Below, piece by piece: positions 1 through 12,244 of a stretch of 64,000 nucleotides of DNA. Source of the DNA: Anolis carolinensis (lineage: Eukaryota); contig NC_085841.1 in assembly GCF_035594765.1 (NCBI RefSeq), forward strand, positions 302,569,402 to 302,633,401, in the 5' to 3' direction. The notes below the pieces were generated by a model. That model saw only the letters and a program-made list of their open reading frames with translations, made no database searches and was not told the DNA's origin. A program made the translations under genes and the position numbers. Position 1 is the stretch's first letter, and each line of letters begins with the position of its first letter.

Positions 1-420
1 ACTAGTCAGTTGTGGAGGAGGGCAGAAGCACATGCAAACAGGTCCTTGAGGTCTTATCTAGCTGTCAACTGCTAATCTCTCATCAATCCCAAGGCACTCC
101 TTCCCAACATGTTCTTCTGGCTTCCTGTCTTGTCTCTACTCCTTCAGCCCCTGAGGCAGTGCTTGTTGCCATAGATCCTAACCACAGACACTTATGGGAG
201 CCCCTTTCTGTTCATTGCAACATATGTGCTTAGATGTTCTAGGCTAAGCAGCTATGCTTTTCTTTTGCCTCTTTTGCTCCTCAGTTCAAATATAAGAAAA
301 TCCACATCCCCTGGATTCTTCTTCACCACCCTGATATTTATAGAAAGTCATACATAGATTTTAAGCAGATGTAGAAAGTTGCATTTGGCACATAATAATA
401 ATAATAACAACAACAACAAC

Positions 421-1390
421 AGGAACATGCCCTGGCAGAATATGCAAAGCAAAGTGAAGAACCTGCTTTGATTGAAGTCAAAAATCAAAAACTCCTCAAA
501 GCACAGCAGACAAAAAACCAGTACAAGAAAGCCGCACTACAAACTAGAGCTGACAGCTGGCACAACAAAACATTGCATGGAAAGTTCCTTGACAAAATTG
601 AAGGAAATGCTGATAAGGAGAAGACCTGGCTATGGCTCACGAATGGGACCCTGAAGAAGGAGACAGAAGGCCTGATCCTTGGAGCCCAGGAGCAAGCCAT
701 CAGAACAAATGCAATTAAGGCCAAGATCGAAAAATCATCTGATGACCCAAAATGCAGACTGTTTAAGGAAACCGACGAAACCATTGATCATATCCTCAGC
801 TGCTGTAGGAAAATCGCACAGACAGACTACAAACAGAGGCACAACCATGTGGCCCAAATGATTCATTGGAACTTATGCCTCAAGTACCACCTCCCTGCAG
901 TAAAGAACTGGTGGGATCACAAACCTGCAAAGGTTGTGGAAAATGAACACGCAAAGATACTGTGGGACTTCCGAATCCAGACTGATAAAGTTCTGGAACA
1001 CAACACACCAGACATCACAGTTGTGGAAAAGAAAAAGGTTTGGATCATTGATGTTGCCATTCCAGGTGACAGTCGCATTGATGAAAAACAACAGGAAAAA
1101 CTCAACCGCTATCAGGACCTCAAGATTGAACTTCAAAGACTCTGGCAGAAACCAGTGCAGGTGGTCCCGGTGGTGATGGGCACACTGGGTGCCGTGCCAA
1201 AAGATCTCAGCCGGCATTTGGAAACAATAGACATTGACAAAATTACGATCTGTCAACTGCAAAAGGCCACCCTACTGGGATCTGCGCGCATCATCCGAAA
1301 ATACATCACACAGTCCTAGACACTTGGGAAGTGTTCGACTTGTGATTTTGTGAAACGAAATCCAGCATATCTATCTTGTTTGCTGTGTCA
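421..1390 (+). mobile_element. R4/Dong-clade non-LTR retrotransposon, 5'-truncated copy 1 (zinc knuckle and restriction-like endonuclease only)
   Basis: ORF 468-1319 has a CCHC-like knuckle (CRLF..ETIDHILSCC; second Cys mutated to F) and the RLE motif PDITV..IIDVAIP..EK..RY. Flanked by (TAA)n/(CAA)n. Nearly identical to 2675-3630. Confidence 0.9.
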
Positions 1391-1411
1391 TAATAAAATA
1401 ATAATAATAAT

Positions 1412-1724
1412 CAGGCCTGTAGCGAGGGGGGGGGGGGTCAGGGGTTCAACCCCCCCTGAAATTTTTCAGGTTATAAAAAAAACCTGGTTTACTCATGAAT
1501 TTTAACTGGTTAACCAAATCCCCATGCTAGTCTGTGAGACGCAAAACATTAAGAGCCCCTCCAGGCACTATCTCAAGCAGATATTGACAGGTTTGTAGCG
1601 GGGGGGGGCCTAGGGGTTCAACCCCCCCCCCGGGGGAGAAGAGCGGTATATAAATTAAATAAATAAATAAATAAAAATAAATTTTCAAAATCCCTCCCGA
1701 AATTTTTTTTCTGGCTATGGCCCT

Positions 1725-1725
<1 letters not shown>
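1412..1725. mobile_element. Non-autonomous DNA transposon (hAT-like MITE) containing a short LINE 3' tail at ~1632-1680
   Basis: Imperfect TIRs CAGGCCTGTAGCGAG / CTGGCTATGGCCCTG; imperfect 8-bp TSD ATAATAAT / ATGGTAAT; internal repeat of GTAGCG-G(n)-AGGGGTTCAACCCCCCC. Confidence 0.6.

Positions 1726-1729
<4 letters not shown>

Positions 1730-1793
<64 letters not shown>
1730..1793. repeat. (TAA)n microsatellite
   Basis: About 21 perfect TAA units. Confidence 0.95.
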
Positions 1794-1795
<2 letters not shown>

Positions 1796-3647
1796 AAAGC
1801 TAATCTTCACATGACGTGGATTGACTACAAAAAGGCCTTTGACTCACTCCCACACAGCTGGATCATCAAGTGCCTGGACGCCATCGGGATTTGTAAAAAC
1901 GTTGGCACCTTCATTGAAAACATGATGGAGCACTAGAAAACTGAACTGTTTGTTGGAAATGAAAGCTATGGACTTGTCAACATCAGAAGAGGAATTTTCC
2001 AGGGAGATTCATTGTCCCCTCTGCTTTTCATTATTGCCATGATCCCTCTGTCAACAATCTTACAAAAAACAAATCTCGGCTACCAAACATCTAAGAATTC
2101 TCACAAAATTTCACATTTGATGTACATGGATGACCTGAAGCTATATGGGAAAACAGAAACTGAAATTCAGTCTCTGACCAACACTGTCCGAATTTTTAGC
2201 ACTGATATCAACATGGAGTTTGGTTTGGACAAATGTTCGACAGTGGCATTGAAGAAGGGAAAAATCATTGAAAGTGAGGGCATCAACATGCCCAATGGCC
2301 AAACAATAAGGTGTCACCAGCCAGAGGCCTATAAATATCTGGGCATACTACAGCTGGACAACATCAAGCATGAACATGTGAAAACTGTGGTCAGCAAAGA
2401 ATACACACAAAGGGTCAGAAAAATTCTCAAAAGCAAGCTCAATGGAGGCAACACAATCAAGGCCATAAACACCTGGGCCATACCTGTCATAAGATATACT
2501 GCTGGCATCATAAACTGGACACAGATGGAACTGGACAATTTGGACAGAAAAACAAGAAAACTCATGACCATTCATCATTCACTGCACCCTCGCAGTGATG
2601 TTGACCGGCTATATCTGCCTAGAAGATCAGGGGGCAGAGGACTCCTACAAGTAAAACAAGCAGTCAAAGAAGAAGAACATGCCCTGGCAGAATATGTAAA
2701 GCAAAGTGAAGAACCTGCTTTGATTGAAGTCAAAAATCAGAAACTCCTCAAAGCACAGCAGACAAAAAACCAGTACAAGAAAACCACACTACAAACTAGA
2801 GCTGACAACTGGCACAACAAAACATTGCATGGAAAGTTCCTTGACAAAATTGAAGGAAAAGCTGATAAGGAGAAGACCTGGCTCTGGCTCACAAATGGGA
2901 CCCTGAAGAAGGAGACAGAAGGCCTGATCCTTGCAGCCCAGGAGCAAGCCATCAGGACAAATGCAATTAAGGCCAAGATCGAAAAATCAGCTGATGACCC
3001 AAAATGCAGACTGTGCAAGGAAACAGATGAAACCATTGATCATATCCTCAGCTGCTGTAAAAAAATTGCACAGACAGACTACAAACAGAGGCACAACTAT
3101 GTGGCCCAAATGATTCATTGGAACTTATGCCTCAAGTACCACCTGCCAGCAGCAAAGAACTGGTGGGATCACAAACCTGCAAAAGTATTGGAAAATGAAC
3201 ATGCAAAGATACTGTGGGACTTCCGAATCCAGACTGACAAAGTTCTGGAACACAACACACCAGACCTCACAGTTGTGGAAAAGAACAAGGTTTGGATCAT
3301 TGATGTTGCCATCCCAGGTGACAGTCGCATTGACGAAAAACAACAGGAAAAACTCAGCCGCTATCAGGACCTCAAGATTGAACTTCAAAGACTCTGGCAG
3401 AAACCAGTGCAGGTGGTCCCGGTGGTGATGGGCACACTGGGTGCCGTGCCAAAAGATCTCAGCCGGCATTTGGAAACAATAGACATTGACAAAATTACGA
3501 TCTGCCAACTGCAAAAAGCCACCCTGCTGGGATCCGAAAATACATCACACAGTCCTAGACACTTGGGAAGTGTTCGACTTGTGATTTTGTGAAACGAAAC
3601 CCAGCATATCTATCTTGTTTGCTGTGTCATACAACGTCGTTGTGTCA
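1794..3647 (+). mobile_element. R4/Dong-clade non-LTR retrotransposon, 5'-truncated copy 2 (partial RT, CCHC knuckle, RLE)
   Basis: RT motifs WIDYKKAFDS, QGDSLSPLLF and YMDDLKLY; CRLC..H..C knuckle; PD..D..K endonuclease. In-frame TAG near 1934. A 13-bp deletion near 3535 relative to copy 1 frameshifts the C-terminus. TAA repeats on both sides. Confidence 0.92.
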
Positions 3648-3890
3648 ATAATAATAATAATAATAATAATACAATAACAACTTTATTCTTATATCCCGGC
3701 ACCATCTCTGCAAAGGAACTCAGCATGGCTTACATAGAGACAAAGCCTAGCATAAATAAAAGTTACAAGGTAAACACAATTTAGAAACATATAAACAATA
3801 TTATTAAATCAGTTAAAACCAGAAAGTAAAAACATCATAAAATCAAATCAATCGACATCATACCTTGAATATAGGACACAAGCTTGTCAT
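3648..3890 (-). mobile_element. L2 LINE 3' end (3' UTR plus TTA tail)
   Basis: CTTTATTCTTATATCCCGGCACCATCTC..GGCTTACAT is the reverse complement of the 3' terminus of the L2 at 43700-43760. Confidence 0.7.
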
Positions 3891-4149
3891 GAGAATTTAG
3901 ATAACTTACTAGTTCTGGTTAAGTTTAGATTTCTTGTCTCTTTACTGCCAAATTGTTTTCAAGTGTTCTTTGAACACTCATATGTCTCTCACTCCTTGGT
4001 TTGACAGCTTTACCCCACTGTTCTTGCATACTTTTGATGTGTTAATGAGAAAAAGTGACACTGGATGGAGACAACAACCACCCATCTCTGGCCTTAGAAA
4101 TTATGTAGAGCATGGAAATAAAAGCATTACCTCTCATTTCTTGGACACC

Positions 4150-5480
4150 TGTATCATCTACAGGTGTATAAGGAAAAGAGGGATTGACATAATAAGTACT
4201 CCGTATAACAATTTTCCATTTATTTTTCAAGCTCACTTCCAAATCTTATGATGTCTACTTTTCAGGCTAAAGTCAAATATGTGACAAGTCACAATAGAGC
4301 TGCTAAAGCTGGAAGATGAGATCTTATATTTCTTCAGACAGACCATCTATGACTTGTTCTGTCTGAAGGACCCAGGCTATCTGCAGGACAATAGCTTCCC
4401 CTTTTGAACCTCCCCACATGTTCAGATCTTTAGAGAAACCATTTTCATGGTTTCATCACTACCACAGCCACATTTCGTGAGGCATGATAGAGTGTCTTGG
4501 TGGCTGCTCCTAAGGTTATGGAACCCACTTCCCCACAGAAGCCGCAGTGTTGCCCTTCTGCTGGACCTATTTGATTCTGGCTGGTTTTTGGGGCAGGGCC
4601 AAGCGGCCGCATGACGCATGTGCAGTGGTCGGAGAGGGTGCCCCGCCCATCTCACTGTTCGGACCGCCTCTGGCAGATGGGCGAGATGGGCGGGGCGCCC
4701 TCTCCGACCACTGCGCATGCGCCATGCGGCCGTTTGGCCCCGCCCCATATCCTCGAAGGATTCGGGGCAGGGCCAAATGGCCGCATGGCGCAAGCGGCCA
4801 CCCATCTCACTGTTCCTCCCCTCAGTGGGGCCGGCGCCGGTTTACCGCTCGATCCTGCCGCCTGCCTCGGGTAGGGTCGCCAGAGGCCCCGGCAGGTAAG
4901 AGGCCTTCCTGCCTCCGCGGCCTGGCCTGGCCTCCAACCAGGCCGCCCCTCTGCCCCTTTAAGGACAGGGAAGTGATCCTGGCCTGCGCCTGAGGGCTGT
5001 CTCCTCCCCGCCAAAGACACCTTCCCAAGGAGGTTTGGGAAGGTGTCTTTGCTGGGGAGGAGACAGTCCTCAGGCGCAGGCCAGGATAGTTTCCCTGTCC
5101 TTAAAGGAGCAGCAGGGCGGCCTGGTTGGAGGCCAGGCCAGGCTGCAGAAGCAGGAAGGCCATGCCTGGGCGGAGGTGCCTCAACAGTTGCTGAAGGCAC
5201 CATCCTCCAGCCTCAACTGCGCCCCATAGAGGATGGTGCCTTTGGCAACTGCCTAATTTGCCTTGTGGTTGAACCACCCCTGGTGGGGAGGAAGCTGTCC
5301 TCTGATGTATTTTAGATTTGTTTTATGTCTGTTGTTGTCCTTAACATAATAATTCCCTTTTATGGTATTTGCAATACAAAAACTTGTTATGTTTTAGATG
5401 TGTCTGTTTTTTTAATTGCATTGTGGTCCGTATTGGGTCCTAATATTGGGAGAAAGGAAGGACATTGGAGATAAATAAAT
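4150..5480 (+). mobile_element. Old degenerate L2 3' region, interrupted by the GC-rich element at ~4575-5282
   Basis: Decayed L2 C-terminal motifs (FPFIFQAHF, GPGYLQD, GTGGCTGCTCCTAAGGTTATGGAA) resemble the L2 at 43120-43350. Ends GGGAGAAAGG..ATAAATAAAT. Confidence 0.55.
4575..5282. mobile_element. GC/CpG-rich fold-back element, probably a left-truncated non-autonomous hAT-type transposon
   Basis: Inverted repeats 4589-4653/4683-4746, 4902-5028/5035-5161 and ~5184-5207/5228-5251. Right end GGTTGAACCACCCCTG looks like a hAT TIR. No matching left TIR found. Confidence 0.55.
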
Positions 5481-5500
5481 ACATGTTTTTATTTCTTCAG

Positions 5501-5617
5501 GGAGACACGCCCAAGCACAGAGCCGAGAAGGCAAATGACCCTGACCTGGCTGCCTACCTCGAAAATCGACAGCACTACCAGATGATCCAAAGAGAGGATC
5601 AGGAGACAGCAGTGTAA
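5501..5617 (+). CDS. DGKZ: Diacylglycerol kinase zeta, last coding exon
   Basis: Acceptor TTTCTTCAG|GGA. Translates [38 protein letters not shown], the recognisable DGK-zeta C-terminus with the ETAV PDZ-binding motif. Synteny with MDK and CHRM4. Missed by the ORF track. Confidence 0.96.
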   Translation, partial: GDTPKHRAEKANDPDLAAYLENRQHYQMIQREDQETAV

Positions 5618-8600
5618 CGCTCAGCAGTGTGCCTTACCCCTGCCTAGGAGAGCAGACTGGCACAAGAGCTTGGCCAGCTTTTCCTTGAATACCTAACAAG
5701 GAGAGGAAGAAAAGTTTGGTTTGGGCTAAGCCACCACATGGTTATTTATTAGTGTAATGGATGTTGAACAGTGCTGACTCCATTTGTTCCCACCACCACA
5801 TTCCAGGGATGGACTCCACCACCTAATGTTTCCTTCCTACCAGCCTCCAGGTCCAGTTGAGGGTCATGGCTTCTCCTTTCAGAGTAAAGGGGGGGGGGCT
5901 TGTTTTCCTTCAACCACCACAGAGCCCCAGTTGTGAGGCCCTATCACCTCACATATGATGTCTCCAAAGCACAGAACCTGCAGCCGTTTCAGGCTGTCTG
6001 CTGCTCAATCTCATTTAACCTGGTTCCTAGCAGTAGATGCTGCCTTTTCCAACAGTTTCACCAGTAGCAGTGTTTGTTGTCCTGATATGCCCTGTAACGG
6101 GAGGAATACTAGCACAATTCTGGGGACATAGTAGAATGAAGGGCTGGCATGCTGGTGATATATTACAACCCTGCCTCTGTTACCCACACATCATGGTATT
6201 GAGGGACTCACACAAATCTTGAGTTACAGTCACATGGGCAAGCATTGCTGGAACCCAAATCAGGTCATACACCATTCTATCATGCTTTCCAGAGCAACAT
6301 ATCCTCTGCTTTTCCCTTTGGTTCATTCATTTTGCTCTGTTGACTCCTTGTTGTGTGTCCTGTACTATGAGGGGTGCTTATGTAACAGGATGGAAGTGCC
6401 TGGTGTGTCCAGGGAACATTGCGCCCTCTTTAGAGCAAGCTGTTTCAAGCTGACTTTTGAGCCTGCTGGACTAGACATTTCGAGCAAAGTGCCTCTTCTT
6501 CATCTTTCCTTCTTTCCAACTTCTCCCTTTCCTCCATTCTTACATACTGCTTTTCCTCTTCCTTTCACACACACTGAGTTGGCAAATAGCCTATGCGAAT
6601 ATGAACAAGAGATGTTTAGGTAGCACTGTGTTGGCTCAGATGGTGTGGTTTCAAAACTCACCCTTAATAGGCTACCACCTAGTTAGGAATTAAGGACTCT
6701 TTCTGAGCCATTCCCTTTATGTTTTAGGGTGGTAGGTAGGATTGACTGTTTCATACACTGGGATCAAGGGAGTAGAGTAATCAACCAGTGTTAATGCCAT
6801 ACACTGTATCCATTTATCCAGGGATTAGGAAGCTGCCAGTGCTAGCAGTAAGAGCTAGAAATGTTTCTGCATAGCCACCTAATTCCTTACTTCAACAGGA
6901 ATGGTCTTTGCAGTTCATTCCTAAATCCTGTCTGTGCTTACATACATTCAACCTCATGCATTTTCCAGCTGAATTATTAGAAAACGTATCCTTTATACTA
7001 TGCTGTGACCAAATAGTCCTTCACTTTATCCTAAAATCTTTTCTTGCCAAGGTCTTTGCCCCTTTCCTTTCTTTCTTTCTTTCTTTCTTTTTTGTTATGC
7101 TAAAAAAAACCTCATTGTTGGAGGAACCTGTGCTTTGTTAGGGCCAGGCACATGTACTGAGAGTCATGTTCTCAATAGGGAAGCCTATGTTTGCTCTGAG
7201 GTATTCTGAATTCATTGCATTTAACCAGTTTGCATATCAAGCTGCTGTAAAGCGAGTTTCAGTTACCCTCAAAAGATGTTGAGCAACCAACTAGTCTGGT
7301 GTTGAATCCAAATGGTGGAGAGGGTTAGTCACTATATGAGGGGGGAGCTCTGATATGTAGTTTTACAAGCTTAAAATCCTAAGAACAGACTGACAGTGAA
7401 CAGAACATTTATGATGAGTTTTAAGTCTTGAATTTGTGGCAAGAATATTTAAATTTCAGTACATCTGCAAATTGATCTTAAACAATTGGGAAATGACTGG
7501 CTTTCTATGGGATATGATCAATGTCAGAGTGCAAAGAAAAAGAAACTGGGATTCTGTCAAAGGAGTGTTTGCCTTCAAAGTCATGGTCAAACTGATGGGG
7601 AAAGTTAGTCTGCACACAAGACTAATCAATGTTTGTTTACAATAACTTGAATCAGCAGGAATGAAGTGCAAAGACTGATCTTGATTTGCCACATTTTGAA
7701 ACACTCAGCATGATTAGGGTCAGGAGAGCAGTGCATTTTATCCAGATACCATTCTCCATTAGGGAATGATTTGAGCCTGCCTGAAAGTTTGTCTTCCTTT
7801 CAGACTGACTTTACTTTTTGTACCTAATGCTCTCATGATTTGTGGAGCTTTTGAGAATTCTCGATAGCAGCTCCAAGGCTTCAGTGCATATCTGTATGAC
7901 CATTTGGGACTTTATTCCTCCTATCTACCTATGTCCTGCTCCATATGTAGAGATAGCATCTCATAACAAAGATCATACAAACAAGCGTAACTACAGTCAC
8001 AAGTCCTAGAAAGAGGTGGACATGACTACACCAGACGTTCATTCAGATACTGTAACCTGTGTGACATTTTTCTTGTTTTCCTCTCCAGAGATGTAGAAAA
8101 AGCATACAAAGCTCTTCAGGCAATTAAAGTCCATATGCACTTTGTAGACTGAGTTAGCAGGTCTTTGTTTTTAGACATCTGCCATGACCAGTAAAGGCAA
8201 CCTCCTTTACTGGCGGGCACTGCAGATCATGGGGAAGAGCATGTCTTACAATCTTAGATCAGGGATAGGAGCTCTTATGATGATGTTGGATTGTTAACTC
8301 CAACAATTCCTTACTATATTGGCTGGGGCTGATGAGAGTTGCAAACTAAACAACATCTGGAGCAGGCCTACACAACCTATGGCTCTCCAGGTGCTTGTGA
8401 CTCCCAACTCCCAGAAGCCCTAGCCAGCTTGTTGAATGGTCAAGAATTCTGGGAGCTGAAGTCCAGAGTACTAGGAGGGCCACAGATTGTGCAGAGCTGA
8501 TCTGGAGGGCCATAGGTTGTCCAGGCCTATCTTAGATAGTCACACGGGGCCTCACAGTGCTGTGGTAAGATTCATATTTAGGTCTTTTTAATTTGTGCAA

Positions 8601-9030
8601 AATTGTTCTTCTATAGCTGGATGTATAGGCCAGCCTCCTGGAAGCTTTTATACCCCATGGGCCTGCTGTCTCTTCTTCCTTCCTTTTATATGTTGTCTTA
8701 AACTTTGTACAGGTAGTTCAAAAGCACACTGATTTCCCCAGTTTCTATGTATGTGTGTTTGTGCACGCGTGCGTGTCCTAAGCTGAGTTGCTGTGCAATT
8801 CAAACCTTGGCTTATTTTACTCTGAGGGGGAGGAGTATGTTTGAGGGTGAATCCCCCCCTCTTCCCGTGCAATACCTACTTCCTCTTCCCCTAGAATTTA
8901 AACCATTAGGACACTTTTTTGATTGTATTTTTTGTAACTGTGTTGGGAGCTTGTGCTTCCATTGGCTTTCCTCTTGGACAGTTTAAATGTTTTGTTGAAT
9001 TTTGCCATTAAAATATATGACAGACATTTT
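5618..9030 (+). other. DGKZ: Probable DGKZ 3' UTR, candidate poly(A) signal ATTAAA at 9007-9012
   Basis: Repeat-poor sequence after the stop, U-rich block at 8650-9005, ATTAAA followed by a U/GU-rich tract. End point inferred. Confidence 0.55.
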
Positions 9031-9367
9031 ACTTCCTCTTTGTGCATGTCTCTATATATGTATGAAGGTGATGTCTATAACTGAAAAAGATAATCTATGA
9101 TATGCATAAATCTAGCTGGTAATCAATGTTTGATTGGACCTGCAAATTGTTGGGGGTTTCTTTTTAGTGGTTCTGTTAATTCGAAACCCCATTCTTGTAG
9201 ATATCATCAATTTGAGTGATTATTAACCTGTTCATAACTGACCTCAAGTTTGGGGGGGGGGGGGTGAGTAGGAAGGTAACCAAACCTGTTGGTGACAAAA
9301 TTTAAGCAACATAAACAGTAATAGATTGCAAGCAACTACAAAGACAACTCTCCAAACTAAGAAATGA

Positions 9368-10507
9368 ATGTGTTTTTGAAGGTTTTCATGGCCAGAATCA
9401 CTTGGCTGCTGTGAGTTTTCCAAGCTATATGTCCATTTTCCAGAAGCATTCTCTCCTGACGTTTCACCCACATCTATGGCAGGCACCTTCAGATTGTGAG
9501 GTCTGCTATGTTCGAAACTAGACACATTAGCATTGAATAGCCTGGCAGCTTTCAAAGCCTGGCTGCCTCCTGCCTGAGGGAATCTTTTGGACAAGAGGGA
9601 TCCTCTCACCTCTGCAGGAGTCTACCATATACCATTCAGCTGTGGACAAGTCTAAAAGGGACCACCAAACGCAACACCCAAACATGAATCAAGGAACATG
9701 AAAGGCACAGCAGACTAATTCATCCAGAGAAATCAGCCATAACAAAGGACTTGATGAACCAATAATAATAATAATAAACTTTATTTATACCCCGTCACCA
9801 TCTCCCCAACGGGGACTCGGGGCGGCTTACATGGGGCCATGCCCTGAACAATACAATATAAAACAACAAATCATAATGCATTAAACAATACAATACAATA
9901 AAAGAAAATATACACTACAGTAAACAAAATCAAAAGAACAGTAGAACAATAAAACCAAGGGCGGGCCACATGAACACTAGGTTAAAACCAACCTGGACAT
10001 AGCATATTATTTGAGAACACAGAAATGTTGGCCCACTCTAGCAACCACCATGTCAGACTACACAGAGAAGCCACTGAAATCCACAAGCATGTAGACAATT
10101 TTAACAAAAAGGAGGAAACCATGAAAATGAACAAAATCTGGCTGCCAGTATTTTAAAAAACTCTAAAATCGGGACAGTAAATAAAGAACAATGCTCAGAA
10201 GACAGGGGAATTCTAGACAAGAAACAATCAGGGCCAGGTAACACCTCCTAACAAAGAATTCCCCTAGGCAGGAAGCAGCCAGGCTTTGAAAGCTGCCAGG
10301 CTATTCATGGTGGCCAATTGCAACATTCACACTTGCCTCAAACAGACAAGAGTTCTTTCTTCCACCTGGAACATTCCACAGATATATAAACCCCACTTGC
10401 CTAGTTTCCAACAGACCTCACAACCTCTGAGGATGCCTGCCATAGATGTGGGCAAAATGTCAGGAGATAATGCTTCTGGAACATGTACATACAGCCTGGA
10501 AAATTCA
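9368..10507 (+). mobile_element. Penelope-like retroelement: inverted pseudo-LTR (9368-~9590, -), decayed GIY-YIG endonuclease and pLTR (~9590-10507, +)
   Basis: 9610-10155 translates with lesions to SAGVYHIP.SCGQV..GTTKR..IKEHERH..PEKSAI..QPGHSILFENTEML..RLHREA.EIHKH.DNFN..IWLPV. Degenerate hammerhead motifs at ~9457-9495 (-) and ~10427-10461 (+). Confidence 0.85.
9761..9985 (-). mobile_element. L2 3' end inserted into the Penelope endonuclease region
   Basis: ACTTTATTTATACCCCGTCACCATCTCCCCAACGGGGACTCGGGGCGGCTTACATGGGGCCATGCCC is almost the exact reverse complement of 43690-43758. AACCAA duplicated at both ends. Confidence 0.88.
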
Positions 10508-11699
10508 TCTAAAAATTAATCTTAAAATGGCATATGATATTCAGTGCAAGAAACTGTAAAGTGATATCCCTTGACATTTATACCTCTCCCTCTTTCATTT
10601 GGCATCAACCATTTATTTGGGATGCCACCAGATAAAATCCAGGGAGAAGCTTGTTATGAGAACAAGCCATCTGCTCTCCAGTTTGCTTCAAGATGGGTAC
10701 TCTCCCTGATGTTCTTTGGCATATGTGGGGTACTAAGCTGCTCTTACCAAAGTGAAGATGTGAGTGAGGAGAGAAAACATATTCTTGCATGTGGTCTTTC
10801 ATCAATTTAAAACTGGCAATATGACAGGCAGGCAAAAAGCCACTGCCTCCAAACTCCTGAGATCAAAATCTTCATTCTTGAATTCCATTTTTTCAATTCT
10901 TTTTTACTCTTTCCAGCATCCCTTCCCCCTTCCTACAGCTATTGCTTGAATTCTCCACACAATAATCCTCACCATCTTTACTCTAAAGTAAGGCATGTTT
11001 ATTTAAGCAAGCACTTGCCTCCAAGTAAATGTACTTTAAATTGCAGCTGCAATCTAACATGCAGAGAAGACAATTCCCTACTTAACTGAGGTGATCAGCT
11101 TTATTCTTGAAGTATAGTGCAGAGACTCCCTGAAGGCTTTAACATCAATTTTATTCTGGCTACAGGCTCCTAAGAGCAAGCTTGAACATATGAATCAGAC
11201 TTTCCCTTTCATTTGTAATAGATTTACTTGTTCATAATATAGCTTGGAATTTTTAATCAGCAATGTTTAGTTTGGAACTCCTCAAAAGAACTCTTTGGCA
11301 TCCACTCTACCCCTGTCCATAAACTGCCTGGTCATATCTCCTGAAAGGATATGTGGTTTGAAAGTTAAGGCCAAGGTCTGCTTGTAATTTTGGTCTTAGT
11401 TTAGCTAGCTGAGTCACGTGTTTTTGAATATCTCATTTCCTCTGTCTGACAGTATTATTCTTTGTAAGAAGATGAAAATTCTAAAATAGTCCCATAGAAA
11501 CAGTTATTCTGAGAGCAGGGATGCTACTTAGAGGCCTCCCCGTTTAAAAAAAACTAAATAAATCTGGAAAAACAGCACTGAAGCCAGGAATCAATGGGCT
11601 GAAGATGGTGCCCACTGATTAAGAAGAAAGAAGCTGAAGATTTATAGCTGTGGCAATGTTCCTATTTTAGATTACTCTCTCCGAACTATTCCCCTACCC

Positions 11700-12244
11700 C
11701 AATGGTTCCCAGCCTTTTTTTTTTTTTAACCAGGGATCACATTGACCAGGGACCACTCTCCAACATTAGTACCAAAAGGGTTACAAATCAGTTTTTGGAC
11801 AACTTTAGATTCAGGTTATTTGGGGTGCTGATTCAGAAAATTGCATTGGATAGATCATATCAGCTCTAGTTTCTGGTACAAAACATATGCCATCCAGTAG
11901 TCGCCATCTGCTTGCGAACAGAAACCATATTTGATAATGTAGAGCTGATATGGTCTATTCAATACAATTTTCTGAATCAACACCCCAAATAACCCCACGA
12001 ACAGGCCTAAAAACGAAGACACCAATTGCCCCCGCTTCCAGGCGCCACATGGAATGTCTCTGCTCGGGGGGGGGGGGGGGGAGCAGCAGCCAGGAGGCTT
12101 GTCGCGCCTTTCGTGGGTAGTCAACCTCCCCTCCTGACATCCCCGTTGCCTCGGCACTATAATGGTGTAACGGTGAGGCTGCAGAACATATTTTACTTCT
12201 TGGGGACCACTGGTGGTCCACGGACTACATGTTGGGAACCACTG
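11700..12244. mobile_element. hAT-family MITE
   Basis: TIRs CAATGGTTCCCAGC / GTTGGGAACCACTG; perfect 8-bp TSD CCCTACCC (11692-11699, 12245-12252). Confidence 0.9.

Noticed and set aside
2012-3592. Active or domesticated retrotransposon gene
   Set aside because: 5'-truncated within the RT, upstream in-frame stop, frameshifted C-terminus.
4422-5315. Cluster of long overlapping ORFs on both strands
   Set aside because: Artefact of a GC-rich palindromic repeat; translations are low-complexity mirror images.
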